From NCBI GenBank assembly GCA_010093815.1, contig ML996570.1: a DNA stretch of 64,000 nucleotides, one strand, 5' to 3'. A program made the position numbers and the translations under genes. Shown here in pieces: positions 1 through 11,520 of this stretch. The notes below the pieces were generated by a model. The model was not told the DNA's origin and did not search any database. It saw nothing but the letters and a program-made list of their open reading frames with translations. Source of the DNA: Pseudovirgaria hyperparasitica. Lineage: Eukaryota. Position 1 is the first letter of the stretch. The number at the start of each line of letters is the position of its first letter.

Positions 1-705
1 CATCTCCAGACATGAGTCTGGGCCTGGAAGTTGGACGATACCAACAACAGGAAATCCCCGGCGTGAATTGTGAAGCAGTGAAGCCTGTATCAGCATTCAC
101 CACGAACAACGGCTTCAGTATAGCACAAGCCAAGAAGCCACAAGATCATTTCACAATCCAAGAACACACAGCCGTCTGTCCCTGCATGCATATATTTACT
201 GTCACTCGTTCGTATAGCATGCACCCATACGTAGTACCTTACAGTACGTACCCACTCAGCCGCAGCAGCGCAAGCCTCACACCAGGATCCAAAGTTGGAC
301 CCACAAGGCAAAAAGACACGAACCCGACGAGCGAAGCCGAAACGAAGGCGTCAACCCGGCCGGACTGGTGGTAAGGCCACAAGGCTGTGAATGTCCCCCG
401 GAGCCCCGCTGACGTACACACTCGCGGCGCAAGCCACCCGCTAATACCTATTCTTGCTCGCTCACATTCGTACTCACTTTCGCATTCGCACCACACAAAA
501 CCAGCATCTCCACAGTATCCATCGACTCGCATTGTATCCGAGCACGAATTCGACGACGGCTTGTTATATATACACACTTCAAGTCCGCCGCAAGCCTCTA
601 TCCATCTTCGCTCCTCTATCCATCGACGCAATCGTCAGCTACAAGAACATATATACCCACACGCACGTCACGTCACGTCACCCAATCCTCCACCCACACT
701 CTCCA

Positions 706-888
706 CCACCACAACCACCACAACCACCACAACCACCACAACCACCACAACCACCACAACCACCACAACCACCACAACCACCACAACCACCACAACCACN
801 NNNNNNNNNNNNNNNNNNNNNNNNNNNNNNNNNNNNNNNNNNNNNNNCCACAACCACCACAACCACCACAACCACCACAACCACCACA
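706..888. repeat. (ACAACCACC)n 9-bp tandem repeat spanning an assembly gap (N at 800-847)
   Basis: Perfect 9-mer units on both sides of the N run; the array ends immediately before the ATG at 889. True length unknown. Confidence 0.95.
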
Positions 889-1510
889 ATGGCAACAACA
901 ACAACAACAGCAGCAACCCACCACACACCCTCCTCCTCCCCCCGCCGCCGCGCCCGCGCATCAGACCCCTTCCTCTCCCTCCCAATCACACCCCCACCCA
1001 CCTCCACAACAGACCAACCCACCACCGAAACCCCCAAACAAGCCCTGATCATAAAGGTATACCCCCCCTCCCATAACCAACCCCAAAGCTAACAACAACA
1101 AAAAGCTCCTCCTAACCCCCCTCCTAACAACAACCTTCATCCTCTCCCTCCTCTACACAAACACGCGCGACCGCACCATCCGCGCCTCCCACGCGCCCCA
1201 CGCCACAAAACCCCCTTCTCTCTTCTCCTCCATCTTCTCCTCCTCTTCCTCCTCGCTAGCGGCCGCAGAGCCGTACCAGCGACCGGCTGATTCGACGTGG
1301 GATGTTGATTCGACTGGCAGCGGGGATGATGGCAAAAAAGGCGGCGACGTGTGGGTGATGCGCAAGAAGCATCGCAAGATGGCACGGTTGCAGATTGGCG
1401 ATGCGTTGGAGGGGATGCGGGTTGTGGTGCGGGTGTTGGGCGTGCTTGGGTGTGCTGCGGTTGTTGTGCTTGGGGTTTGGGGGTGGGGGGTTTGGATGAG
1501 GTGGGGTTGA
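889..1510 (+). CDS. Small two-exon fungal membrane protein of unknown function (~190 aa; exons 889-1056, 1106-1510)
   Basis: ATG in CACAATGG context; intron GTATAC..GCTAAC..AAAAG (1057-1105, phase 0). Spliced frame MATTTT..QALIIK|LLLTPLLTTTFILSLLY..EPYQRP..WVMRKKHRKMARLQIGDALEGMRVVVRVLGVLGCAAVVVLGVWGWGVWMRWG* has two hydrophobic segments. Confidence 0.75.
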
Positions 1511-1648
1511 AAAGAGGTGATGGAGATGGGTGAGGATGGGGTACGGAATGGAATTGGATGGAAGGAATTCATGACCTGATGAGAGATGAGACGAGTGAAC
1601 GAAAAGCACTAAGGTACCGATGAAAGAGCATAGTTATAGTTGAAGAGA

Positions 1649-1700
1649 GAAGAAGAAGAAAAAGAAGAAGAAAAAGAAGAAGAAAAAGAAGAAGAAAAAA
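1649..1700. repeat. Purine microsatellite (AAAAAGAAGAAG)n
   Basis: About four copies of a 12-bp unit built on AAG. Confidence 0.85.
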
Positions 1701-2013
1701 CAAGCCTGCCTACTCCGACATTGCAAAGTCGGAAATAGCGGCTATTCTATGCAATATTTCCGCAAAAATACCTAGAACGCATGATGAAGGGCAACATGCG
1801 CTGCTACCTGTACAACATACATATATCTATACGCCCAAGTGGCAGAACAAACAACTCCAATGCAGAATATTACCCCGCGTTTTCCGTTGGTCCTTTAAAA
1901 CGCCGTGCTCATTCATGCAGGTACACACATATACACACAAACCTGTATGTGTATACTCAGGCAACTCTAGTCAAGCAACTCAAGTCAAGCATCTGAGACT
2001 CTCTTCCAACCAT

Positions 2014-3812
2014 TCAGAAGAACAGAACAATCTCTCCCCGCTCATTGCGCCGCACCCGCAGACTCTTCCACAGCTCCTTCTCTTCCTCGCCTTTGCTCAG
2101 CCCGCCCCACTCCTCGCCGTCGTCCCAGCGCTCACTGCGCTCGCGATGATATCTCTTCAGCGCCTTGTTCATGCTCATCCCGTGCACGCTCTCGGGGCCT
2201 TTATTCACAAATCGCATGAATAGATCTGCGCGCTGCGCCGCAAAGGCCGCGTCGCCGTCTCGGTTATGCGCCGTCACTTTCAGGTCCTCGCTCTTGTGTA
2301 GCACCAGTGCGCGGGAGTCGCCCGACTTGTCCGAGCCGTCACTGGGCACCCGATACTCGATTCTCTTGACGGCGCGCCGCCCGTCGCGGTCGCCCGAACT
2401 CTCGTCGCTACGGCGCTTGCGTCTGCGTCGGCGCTCCTCGGTACCTTCACGCTCTCGCTCTCGTTCACGTTCACGCTCTCGCTCGCCCGAGCCACGCTTC
2501 GGCCGCTTGCGCACCTGGACCAGCTGGACGGCGCGCCCCTTACTCGCGCTCTTGCGGCGTTCACGTTCGCGGCCCCGCTCGCGCTCGATGTGGGCGTTCT
2601 TACTGCGCTTGAGCGGGCTCATCGGGCTGGCCTCGGCGTCGACCCAGTCGGCGCCCGAGTAATCGGGGCTGGGCGGAAACGCGGGACGGGCAAGGAGGCG
2701 GGAGAGACCGCCGGTCAGGCCGGAGTGGAGTTCGGGCGGGGCGTCGGTCATGAGGGTATCGGCGGCCTGTTGGGCGTGGACGGCGTGCATGTCGAGTGGG
2801 TTCGGGGATGCGCGCTTGCGTTTCTTGTCTGTGGACGGGACAGTCATGCGGTCGGAGGGTTCGCGCGGTCGGACTTCGCGGATCTTGGGCGCTGGGGTGG
2901 TGTAGCTGTTCTTTGGGTGGTTGGGTTCGGTGTAGGAGTTGAAGCGTTCGAAGGAGGGTGCGACGGGAGCGTGGCCGTAGGAGAAGCCTGTGTCGGCATA
3001 GGCTTCTTGAGAGTCGTATGCACCGGGGACAGGGAGGTGCTCTGTGTTCTGGTAGTCGTGCCGTACGAGTTCTTGCGAATGTGTCGTGGGTGCGGCGTTT
3101 TCGTGATGTGTATCTTCAATCATACGTGTCTCGTCGACGTCTGGCAGGGCGAGGCGCGAGGCATTAGGAGTCTTGTCCTCGACGAGAAAGTCGAAGACAT
3201 TGACGGGCGGAGAGGGCGCGCGGGGTGGAGCGTCCACTATTGCGACTGAGGCATCTTGCTCAGACTCGACATACGCATGAGGAACCAGAGCAGTATTCTG
3301 ATACTGCTGTGCCTGAGAGTCCTGCTGTCTTTGCTGGTTGTTGCCCTTCTTCTTGTCCTTGTACGTCGACCCCTGGTATTTCTGTGCTTCGCTGATGCAG
3401 CTCTAGAGCAAGGAGGTGTTAGCCATCTGCACGATGGGCGAATCGCAGTACGGTGGCGACGTGCGACCCGAATCTCTCCCGTTGTTTACAACAACAACAT
3501 AAAAAAATAATTTTGACGAGGATTGTGAAGTGGGTGCGAGCGCGACAAACAACGTACAGTGTGGGCGCGATACTCGGTGCCGTAGAAATGGACCATGCAG
3601 TCCAGGCAGGTGAAGGTAGCCCCGCGACATTGGTTCCTGTGCGGATCGAGTTTCTTCTTGGTCAGGACATCGCCGCAGCTCTGTCAGGGCCACGCAGGGC
3701 TGTGGTTAGCAAAGTTCGAAGCCTTGCAAGGACGGTTTGAGTGCAAATTCTGCTCTGGGAGATGATACAGGAGGAGTGGGGCGTGAAGTACCTCGCAGGA
3801 GAAAGAAACCAT
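2014..3812 (-). CDS. LYAR-type C2HC zinc-finger (cell growth-regulating nucleolar) protein; exons 3812-3792, 3680-3558, 3402-2014
   Basis: Spliced N-terminus MVSFSCE|SCGDVLTKKKLDPHRNQCRGATFTCLDCMVHFYGTEYRAHT|SCISEAQKYQG is the zf-LYAR signature; it continues into the 2014-3237 ORF with an R/E-rich tract. Confidence 0.92.
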
Positions 3813-4243
3813 TGTCTCTCAGACGGGGGAGACTCGCAGCGTCAGCGTCCTGGGACAGAACACGACGACTTGGGAGAAGCGGTGTGTGTGTATTGGGGGA
3901 GCGAGTGGATGTGGATGGACAGACAGGATATCTAGAGTTGCGGTGAGTGGTACGGTCGGTAGTAGTGTAGGTAGATTGGGTGAAGAGGGATATCGTTGGT
4001 AGAACGAGGGGCGCAAAGAGAACAGAGCAGAAAGAGGGACGTGTTGAGTGAAAAGGGAAGTGGATTGGGATGAATTAGTTCTAAAAAGGGGGCCAAAGGG
4101 TTTGAGGTTTGTGGGCGTTTCAGTCTCCGTGCCTGAGGCCAGTTCGCTAGCTTGTTGGCCATCATCTGAGCCTGCGCCATGTTTCTCACCATCACGCACT
4201 CTCACGCAGCCGCCCATCTATTTGCATGTCTCGGGGGGAACTG

Positions 4244-4279
4244 TCATTAGCACTCATTAGCACTCATTAGCACTCATTA
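4244..4279. repeat. (TCATTAGCAC)x3.6 tandem repeat
   Basis: Directly visible 10-bp unit upstream of the LYAR-type gene. Confidence 0.85.
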
Positions 4280-5053
4280 ATAGCAGTCTTCTCGCCTGGC
4301 ACGCGGCACATACTGCTGCTGCACCACCATCTGTGCCTCACCACCACTCCAATAATAGGACATGTGTCTTCATCATCCACTGACGGCTTCTGCACGCGAC
4401 AAAGCGTAGGTAGCTAGCTGTAGCTGTAGGTGTATGAGGCAGTTAATTACCTGGATTAAGCATTACTCCCGAAAGACATGATGATGATAACTTAATGCCT
4501 CATGTCGTTTGTGTCGTCCTGGAGTTCTAAAAGTGGAAGCTGATCGAGTACGTGCCAGATACTCGTCTATAATGATGCCTACGCGCTCTCCGTCCGGGCA
4601 GGGGGGGGAGCCCTGCGCAAAGTACTAGGGACTACAACTCGAAGCTGCACTTTCAAGATCTCTTCGATAATGTCAGCGCTTTGTATAGTAAATGCCATAG
4701 TGAACAAGAATACAGGACGTAGGTATTGTGGCTGAGTGCTAACGATGGTGCTAAGGGGCGATACCAACGACGATACTAACCACTGATGATAATGCTAACG
4801 GTAGTTGCTCGTGGTGTGTGTAGTGTACCTAGTGGGTGTACGTCCCGTCCCCACAGCGCCAACGTCGTCACACGCCCTATTTTTGGCTGCAACATCGACG
4901 CAACGAACCGACATCCCACGTCACGAGTAGTATATATATTCCCAAGGGTCTACTAGCCTGACAAACCGTTAACCGTCTCCATAAAAATCAAGGGATACCA
5001 AGTCGAGTTAGTCCATTCATTCATTCATCAATTCATTTAGTTAGTCGGAGGGA

Positions 5054-5091
5054 CAAGAGTCAAGAGTCAAGAGTCAAGAATCAAGAATCAA
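5054..5091. repeat. (CAAGART)n 7-bp tandem repeat
   Basis: CAAGAGT x3 followed by CAAGAAT x2. Confidence 0.8.
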
Positions 5092-6203
5092 AGAGATCAG
5101 AGAGTCAAAAAGACTTTGGTCCAGACAAAGGTGCACGCGCCACAGTCGCATGATGCTCGAGTTTCGATATTCAAACCAGTCTTCTCTCGGCCCTATTCTA
5201 TCACTCACAGGCATCATGCTTACCACGACGGCCTCATTTCTAGTGGTACGTGGTGGGCCTGCTGACGCTCTAGAATGTTGCGGAGTGGCATTCATTGATT
5301 GTATATTGTTGCTTTGGCAAGCAAGCCCTGCATCGGTGCTCTCCTGTTTCGTCGCGTCGTCCTCGTGAGGAATACTAAAGATGCTTTCTTCGCGTCATTT
5401 GCGTCTCCCCTCCCATCCCCTCCCCCTGTTAATACTCTCTGCCCTGCCCTGCCCTGCTAGCAGCAGCCCATCCAGAATCCAGAATCCAGAACTGCACCAA
5501 CCCACCACCCTTTCCCAAGTTTCAACTGCAGCCAAGGAAAAGATACCTGGTCACACATGCAAACATGCAACTTCCCGGATTTGCACGGAAATAAAAATAA
5601 AAAAACTCATCGAAAACCTGATCGGAGAATGCGAATCCCTGGTCCTTTAGAAAAATCGATAGAAGGCCGAATATGCAGGCGGCTTATTATTGCCCACCAT
5701 CATCTGCGAGTTTCGCGGTCGTGACCGGAGCTCGCTCCGACCAATTGCTCGAATCCTCTCTCCAGTTTCCCATAATTACACGAAATGGTATTTTTGCCTT
5801 TCCTATGCTGTATCTCGCCACATGTTCATGCAAACCGCGATTCATGTTCTCCAGTGGGCTGCCCACCCCTCTTTCATCTGTGCCTCTGGGCAGCTGATCG
5901 TGCTGCGCGTGATCCAATGCGAATCCTCTTCTTCTTAACTGCTATATGTATGGACCTGGCCGCTATAATAGACAAGGTGTGCTTCATTCTTCGCCTTTTG
6001 TAGACAATGACGTCGTTATGAGCCCACACAACGGTCCATGGTCGCATTTCCGGTACGATGCCCTCGGAGATGACCGAGAATGTCATCCGGTTTCATCAAA
6101 ATGCAGACCGTTTGCTGCCTGCGCAGGCTTCTATACGTATGGAAAGCTCAAAATGATTACGTGGTTAAGTGATTGCGTGAAACGCCGTCAGTAATTCAGA
6201 CAC

Positions 6204-7773
6204 TCATCGCACATTGCTCGCCTGTCGCGCATGCTCTCCTGCGCGTGTGAGCTCATCTGCTCGTAACAAGGCTTCGATCGATGAAGCTCCGGGTCGCAAA
6301 TTTGCTGGCTGCGTCAGAATCGACGGGAACGGCCCGGCGGTAGGCGCTAGTGTTGACACAGGTGGCAGAGTTCGTTGCATTTTCGACGTGTCTAATACTG
6401 GCAGAGTATTCCCAACATACGATGGCATACTCACTATGCTACCACCATCTGATGAAAGCGTGGTTTCTTCATGTGTTAGCGGTGGGAGGCTTGGAGAGTC
6501 CCGAAACGATCTCCGAGGGAGTTCACGGTGGGACAGTCCGGTCGACGGGGGTGTTCCCGAGGATGTACTGGGAAAGGATTGCGACGCTGGAGTTCCTCTT
6601 TGTGTATCTTTCATGTGAGATGGCGTTGATGATATCGGCGAGTATTCAGGGACCTGGTGTATAGGCGGAAAATAGGATCCTGGAGAAGTAGTATTGCTGA
6701 TGTGTGGTGGTGGAGCTTGCCGATTGTATGTGTGAGGTGGACTTGATCCTGAGCGGCGGTGATTGGTAGCAACTGCATCAGTGTGATTGTTCGTGGTAGT
6801 TCGTGTACGATGCATCGAATCTGCCGTCTGGTTATTAGACGTGGACCCGTTGCTTGTTTCAGTCTCGAGCTTGGATCGTTTGCCCTCTATGTTGGTCAGC
6901 ATACCCTCCGCTCGAAAAGCGTTCGACTTACTCACCGCTCTGTGTCGTTGCATGCTTGGCTTTGAACTCTTTCAGATACTCCTGATACTCGGCATATTGT
7001 GGCGTTTTCTTGTACTCTGCCAGTTCGGCATAATACTTTTCTTTGGCCGTGTTCGCTTCCCGCTCGTAACCCTCCCTGGCATCTGGCGAAAGAACTTGCC
7101 ACCGCTCACCAACCACCTTGGCAATCTCGGTAAAGGTCAACTCCTGTCCCTTCAGTTCTTCGCGCATCTCTACAGATCGATTAGCAGGGTACCACTGGGA
7201 TACGAGGAATAGTGACCTACGATTCGAGAATATGACATAGGCGGAAGGGGGCCTCTCAGGCGCATGCTCGTCCGCCTGAAGGACGGTCAGTGATGCCCGC
7301 CGCGTACTGCTTTGTGACTAACCTTGGGGTGCCGTCGATACTTGCGCTTCGTGCTCGTCGCAGCAGCATTACTCGATGCCTCTCCTCTCTTCACCGACCT
7401 CATCTCACTGGAGTCATCGCTCCGATAACCGCCATCTCCACCACCACCATATTTCAGCGGTAAAACTCGGTCAGGATAGTGCGGCCTCGTTTCTGCAATG
7501 GCTCTCTGGAGTTTCTAAGAAGTAATGCATCAGCAAGAGCCCGTAGCAGCTGCAAGAGGTACACCTTACCCTCCTGTGGCCAAGCTTGAAGCCAAGCGCA
7601 TTGCTAAAGTATGGGTTAGCAACCAGGAATATGATGCTTGTACATATGGTCACTTACAGGTCTGACTCCGTGATATCAAGGATCGTCTCCCATGTATCGA
7701 ACCCCTCAGCCACCAACTCCTCGAAATACGCGGAGAGGCCCAGCTGATCCAATCTGTCTCTTAGCCCGGTCAT
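6204..7773 (-). CDS. SAM-domain + HMG-box protein (6 exons)
   Basis: MTGLRDRLDQLGLSAYFEELVAEGFDTWETILDITESDL|NALGFKLGHRR|KLQRAIA (SAM), then KRKYRRHPK|ADEHAPERPPSAYVIFSN|..LTFTEIAKVVGERWQVL..KEKYYAELAEYKKT (HMG box); five canonical GT-AG introns; S/P-rich tail. Confidence 0.92.
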
Positions 7774-8649
7774 GAGCAGATCTAGGCGTGGTTCCCAATA
7801 GATCTTTTGGTTGAAGTAGTCCCACGAAGCCTCGTTGTCTTAAGCGCGGAAAACACGAGTGAGTTTTGTGTTCTCAAGTCTGACAAACGTGCAATTGGGT
7901 GGTCGAGAAGTCGAAGATGCGAGGACTCGTAGATCTCTGGAGAATCGAAGTCTAGGAAGATCTCCAACGCACCGAGGCGATGGTTCAGCAGGCAGGCTAG
8001 ATCCGAATACTAGTGTATGTGCGCTGCAATTCCGGGAGAAAGAAAAAAAAGTGTCAAAGCAGGAGTGAAAGGGTCCACTGTAGAAGCTTTGGTCTGCGTC
8101 CTCGGCGTGATGTATCTCTGTCTAGAGAGAGATAGACACCTGGTACAGCGAGGAAAAGGATGCAGCAGAAGGCGAGTGGCGGTCCAGCTCTGGCCAATGG
8201 TGAGAATGAGAATGCTGATGTGCTGATGTCAGTGGGTCGATTATACCAAAGGCGTGGGGCGAAAGGTGGTGGAGAGCCCAGAAGGCGGCCCTTTTTGGAG
8301 ATGGGAATGGAGGGAATGGCGGGTATACAAAAGAATTTGAGAATTCGAAGAGTAGGAGCGCCGGCACGCTAGAAGAACGGTAAGGTTTGACGGACGATTG
8401 AAGGGTGGGGGAATGAATTCAGCATCTGGGAACGGCGGCGGAGCGCGTTTGGGAGAAACATGGAAATGAACATGGACATGGACAGATTATCTGTCGGTAG
8501 CAACTCCGACAACGAGGACAAGGACAAGGATGATGCACTGACGAGGGGGGGGGGATTCAGTGTGGCCTGTGCGCCTGGGAATTATGGAAAGGCGAGTGCG
8601 GGCGAGTGTTTGATTAATAACAGGTGGTGGTGAGGAGGAAGGTAAACGG

Positions 8650-8797
8650 TAAGTAATAAGTAATTCGTGATAAGTGGTAATAAAGTGGTGATGAGGGAGG
8701 TGATAAGTGGTAATTAAGTAGACAATAAGTGGGTGATAAGTGGTAATAAGTAGGTTGATAAGTAGGTAATAAGTGGTAACAAGTATGTAAGTAGTAA
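8650..8797. repeat. Degenerate 11-bp-period array (consensus ~GTRATAAGTRG) containing GATAAG motifs
   Basis: GTGATAAGTGGTAAT at 8667, 8700 and 8733; a further GATAAG at 8757; intervening units are variants. Confidence 0.75.
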
Positions 8798-9023
8798 GCC
8801 TCCAGGCTTTTAACTGTACTAGGGCTCCCTCTGTACGAAAATGCCACTTTGGCCAGCTGCCAACAGCCAACTAGGGGAGAATTTGAAAGGGGGGGCGTTT
8901 CAAAGCTAGCTAAGGTATGTATATACAGTGTAGAGGTGCATTGGGACATTTATGACAGGGGGAGAAGACCTACCTACCCAGCCCATGATACTACTGCACC
9001 CGGGGCTGCAGCTGGGTGGTAAT

Positions 9024-9060
9024 GGTGCGTGGTGCGTAGTGCGTAGTGCGTGGTGCGTGG
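9024..9060. repeat. (RGTGCGT)x5 7-bp tandem repeat
   Basis: GGTGCGT GGTGCGT AGTGCGT AGTGCGT GGTGCGT. Confidence 0.8.
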
Positions 9061-10670
9061 TGGTGCCCGCCTGGAGGGAATGACCGCCGAAGCTGGGACA
9101 GTGGAGGCTGCCAAACCCGCCTAAATCTACCGGCAACTAGCTGCTTAGCCCAGGCTGAAAAACCATCGCCCGCCCTGCTATATCATGCCCGCCCGCCACG
9201 TCCGCTTCTACTGCGCGCCAGGGAGGGGGGAGACGGGGGAGGGGGCGCAAGGGGAGGCTTACTTAACTGACTGCTCAAAAGTAAAATGCCATCACCCATC
9301 GCCATTTCCGGTACCCAAAACCGACATTGGGTGATTGCTTCATCGCCTTGCAGCTTGGTCATGCCCATTAGAAAATAAAGCCAGAGGCACCGACAACACA
9401 AAGTCCACCGCCTCTCCAATATACTAGCTGCTGAGTCCGGCTACGTTTAAGCGCACCGCAATATATCGCCATCGACGCCTGATCGATGATCGGAATTGCT
9501 TCGTTAAGCTGACAGGCGGCTCGTGAAGCGACCATGACGATGGTCCAGCTGGGGGGACAGACACGACGGGGTGTGACGATGGGCCATGATGCTGCTGAAT
9601 GGCAACTCTACGCACTGATGCAACGCTTGCGAAAGATTCCAAACCGAGTCACTGGCCTATCCCTGCCTCCACTCATCCAATGAGCGCCGTCAATCGTGTG
9701 CGAAAAGCGTGCTGGGCGAAATGTTCGAGATCGTGCTTCGCGCCCGCGATCTAGCTTTCCCACAGCTCGCATCGGCTCATCGACATCGGAGACCTCTCCT
9801 AGCAAGGCAGAAACGGGCTTCTTTCGCATGGTGCCTGTCCGACTCTTTGTCGCCTGCTCGTCATGCGCTGTTGTCCCCTTATGCCAATCTGTAATTGCCA
9901 TGTTGCGCGAGACGGTCCGCTAGATGTCGTGGAAACTCATCGTCTGTACTGATGCGTTCTGTCACAAACTCGTGGTGAAGCTGCACTAAAGCACAAAGTA
10001 TTGAGGTCTGCGAGCTCTCCCCTACCGGTGGACGTTGACTCTGACTCTGATGGTACGGAGTTCAATCATTTTTTAGCTGTAATGTCCCGTCTATACTTGC
10101 CAATGCCAGCCTCGGCCCTTTTTCCTCTTCATGAGTTGCTAGAGTTGGAGCGTGCTTTACTCTGTGTAGGATGCATTGCGGTGTTCATGGATCAGGGTAA
10201 TGATCATATCATGCTTTCGAGCCGCATTCCCTTCTTGAACGGCCGGCTGACTGCTGGAACTGGTATGTTTGTGAGATGATCGCGTACATAATTAGTACAA
10301 GCGTAACACAACTGTTTGGAACCAGTAAGATCTTGACGTTGCTAGCGCGATATTCTAGAAGCTCTCTCTCCTCGACACCTGCTGCCCTACAACTGGTGGC
10401 AAGATGCATGTTCCTCGACAAATCGATGCTTCATGTATTCCAAGACTATTGCTGTGCCATTCCATCCGTTAATGCGTACGCTGCGGGCCTATCCTGGAAA
10501 CGGGCGATCTGCAGTTTTGGATTCTCCCGATTTCGATGCCTTTGCCATATCAGAAAATCCCTTGTCTACGATCCCGCCGATCAACGAATTCCGTCCCTGG
10601 ACGTCAAAGGTCCAGAACTCAAGTCACGAATTCGATTATCGCCAGTCCTTCCGAGTGCTTGCCCTTTTGA

Positions 10671-11209
10671 TTAGTTCGACGCACTCGGTTCCTCGGGGCC
10701 TGGCCCGCCTCCTGGAATGAGCTGTGAGAAAGAACATTTCGTTAGTGTCGTTAGCCAACTACGTGGGGATCTCCAAAGACGACCGACCATGCAAACGTTA
10801 TTGCCATTCAGCAGAATCTTCGACATCTTCGTCTGTTCGCCGCTTGCCATGTCGCTAACGAGCCGTTTGTTAGCGGGGTAGTCGGATGATTTTTTTTCTT
10901 CACAGATAAAACCCATGAATTACATACATCTCCGTCACATCGTTCAATACCATGTCTGTCCCCGCTCGCGTCAGAATCGTGGAAGCCCAGACGTGATCAA
11001 AGAGTCGCAGCGAATACATACTGACATAGTCGTCAAACCCTAACAACATGCCGCTGAACTCCTTCTCGCCCTTCATCACCACGTGAATCACACTTCCGAC
11101 ACATTTGTCGATCAGCTCTGCGCGAGTCCAGTAAGTCTCCAGATGTCATCGCGATCTGATCTTTTAGCCGAGACCTAGGCTTACCGAGAGGAAGTAGTTG
11201 AGACGCCAT
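10671..11209 (-). CDS. LSM5: U6 snRNA-associated Sm-like protein LSm5 (5 exons)
   Basis: Spliced: [88 protein letters not shown]; Sm1/Sm2 motifs typical of LSm5. Confidence 0.95.
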
Positions 11210-11373
11210 CTTAACCGCTGTGAGACGTATCTGTGGCGAATGTGGACTGGTACAAGTTGTTGATGATTTCCCCGGACCCCGGATGGTTAGATGTGGAAAG
11301 TATCAACAGCCCTAGCGTGTGGTTCACGTGATGCTGTGACACCTGGGATCGCGTTCGATCGAGAAACGTCCTT

Positions 11374-11379
11374 TATAGA
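11374..11379 (+). promoter_or_regulatory. TATA-like element of the 5S rRNA gene
   Basis: TATAGA at -28 to -23 from the 5S start, the position known for dispersed 5S genes of filamentous ascomycetes such as Neurospora. Confidence 0.6.
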
Positions 11380-11401
11380 TTGAAAAACACCCAAAACTGT
11401 C

Positions 11402-11520
11402 ACATTCGGCCATACCAACCAGAAAGCAAGCGGTCCCGTTCGCTCCCGCCTATTTAAGCTGGTTAGGGGTGGATTAGTAGTTAGGTGGGTGACCACTAGC
11501 GAATCCCCACTGCTGAATGT
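11402..11520 (+). rRNA. 5S ribosomal RNA (dispersed copy, 119 nt)
   Basis: ACATTCGGCCATAC..CCCGTTCGCTC..TTAAGC..TTAGTAGTTAGGTGGGTGACCACTAGCGAATCCC..GCTGAATGT. 5' ACATTCGGC pairs with 3' GCTGAATGT (helix I) and AACCAG pairs with CTGGTT (helix II); followed by T-tracts. Confidence 0.97.

Noticed and set aside
387..1092. Poly-T, PPQ, HHN, WWL and GGC ORFs in the track
   Set aside because: Artefacts of the stop-free 9-mer repeat and N gap; only the frame from ATG 889 has splice support.
2165..3249. Plus-strand ORFs with RS-rich content
   Set aside because: Antisense shadows of the GC-rich LYAR-type exon.
4479..4543. Possible C/D box snoRNA (ATGATGA..CTGA)
   Set aside because: No terminal stem, no recognisable rRNA guide and not clearly intronic; motifs this short occur by chance.
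8650..8797. CRISPR-like or telomeric array
   Set aside because: No unique spacers or cas genes, eukaryotic context, and the unit is not TTAGGG-like.
8487..8949. ORFs with ITTYH/YYHL repeats
   Set aside because: Translations of the 11-bp-period DNA repeat; non-ATG starts and no domain.
9424..10674. Several 60-130 aa ORFs between the HMG gene promoter and LSM5
   Set aside because: No recognisable motifs, consistent splice structure or coding-like composition.
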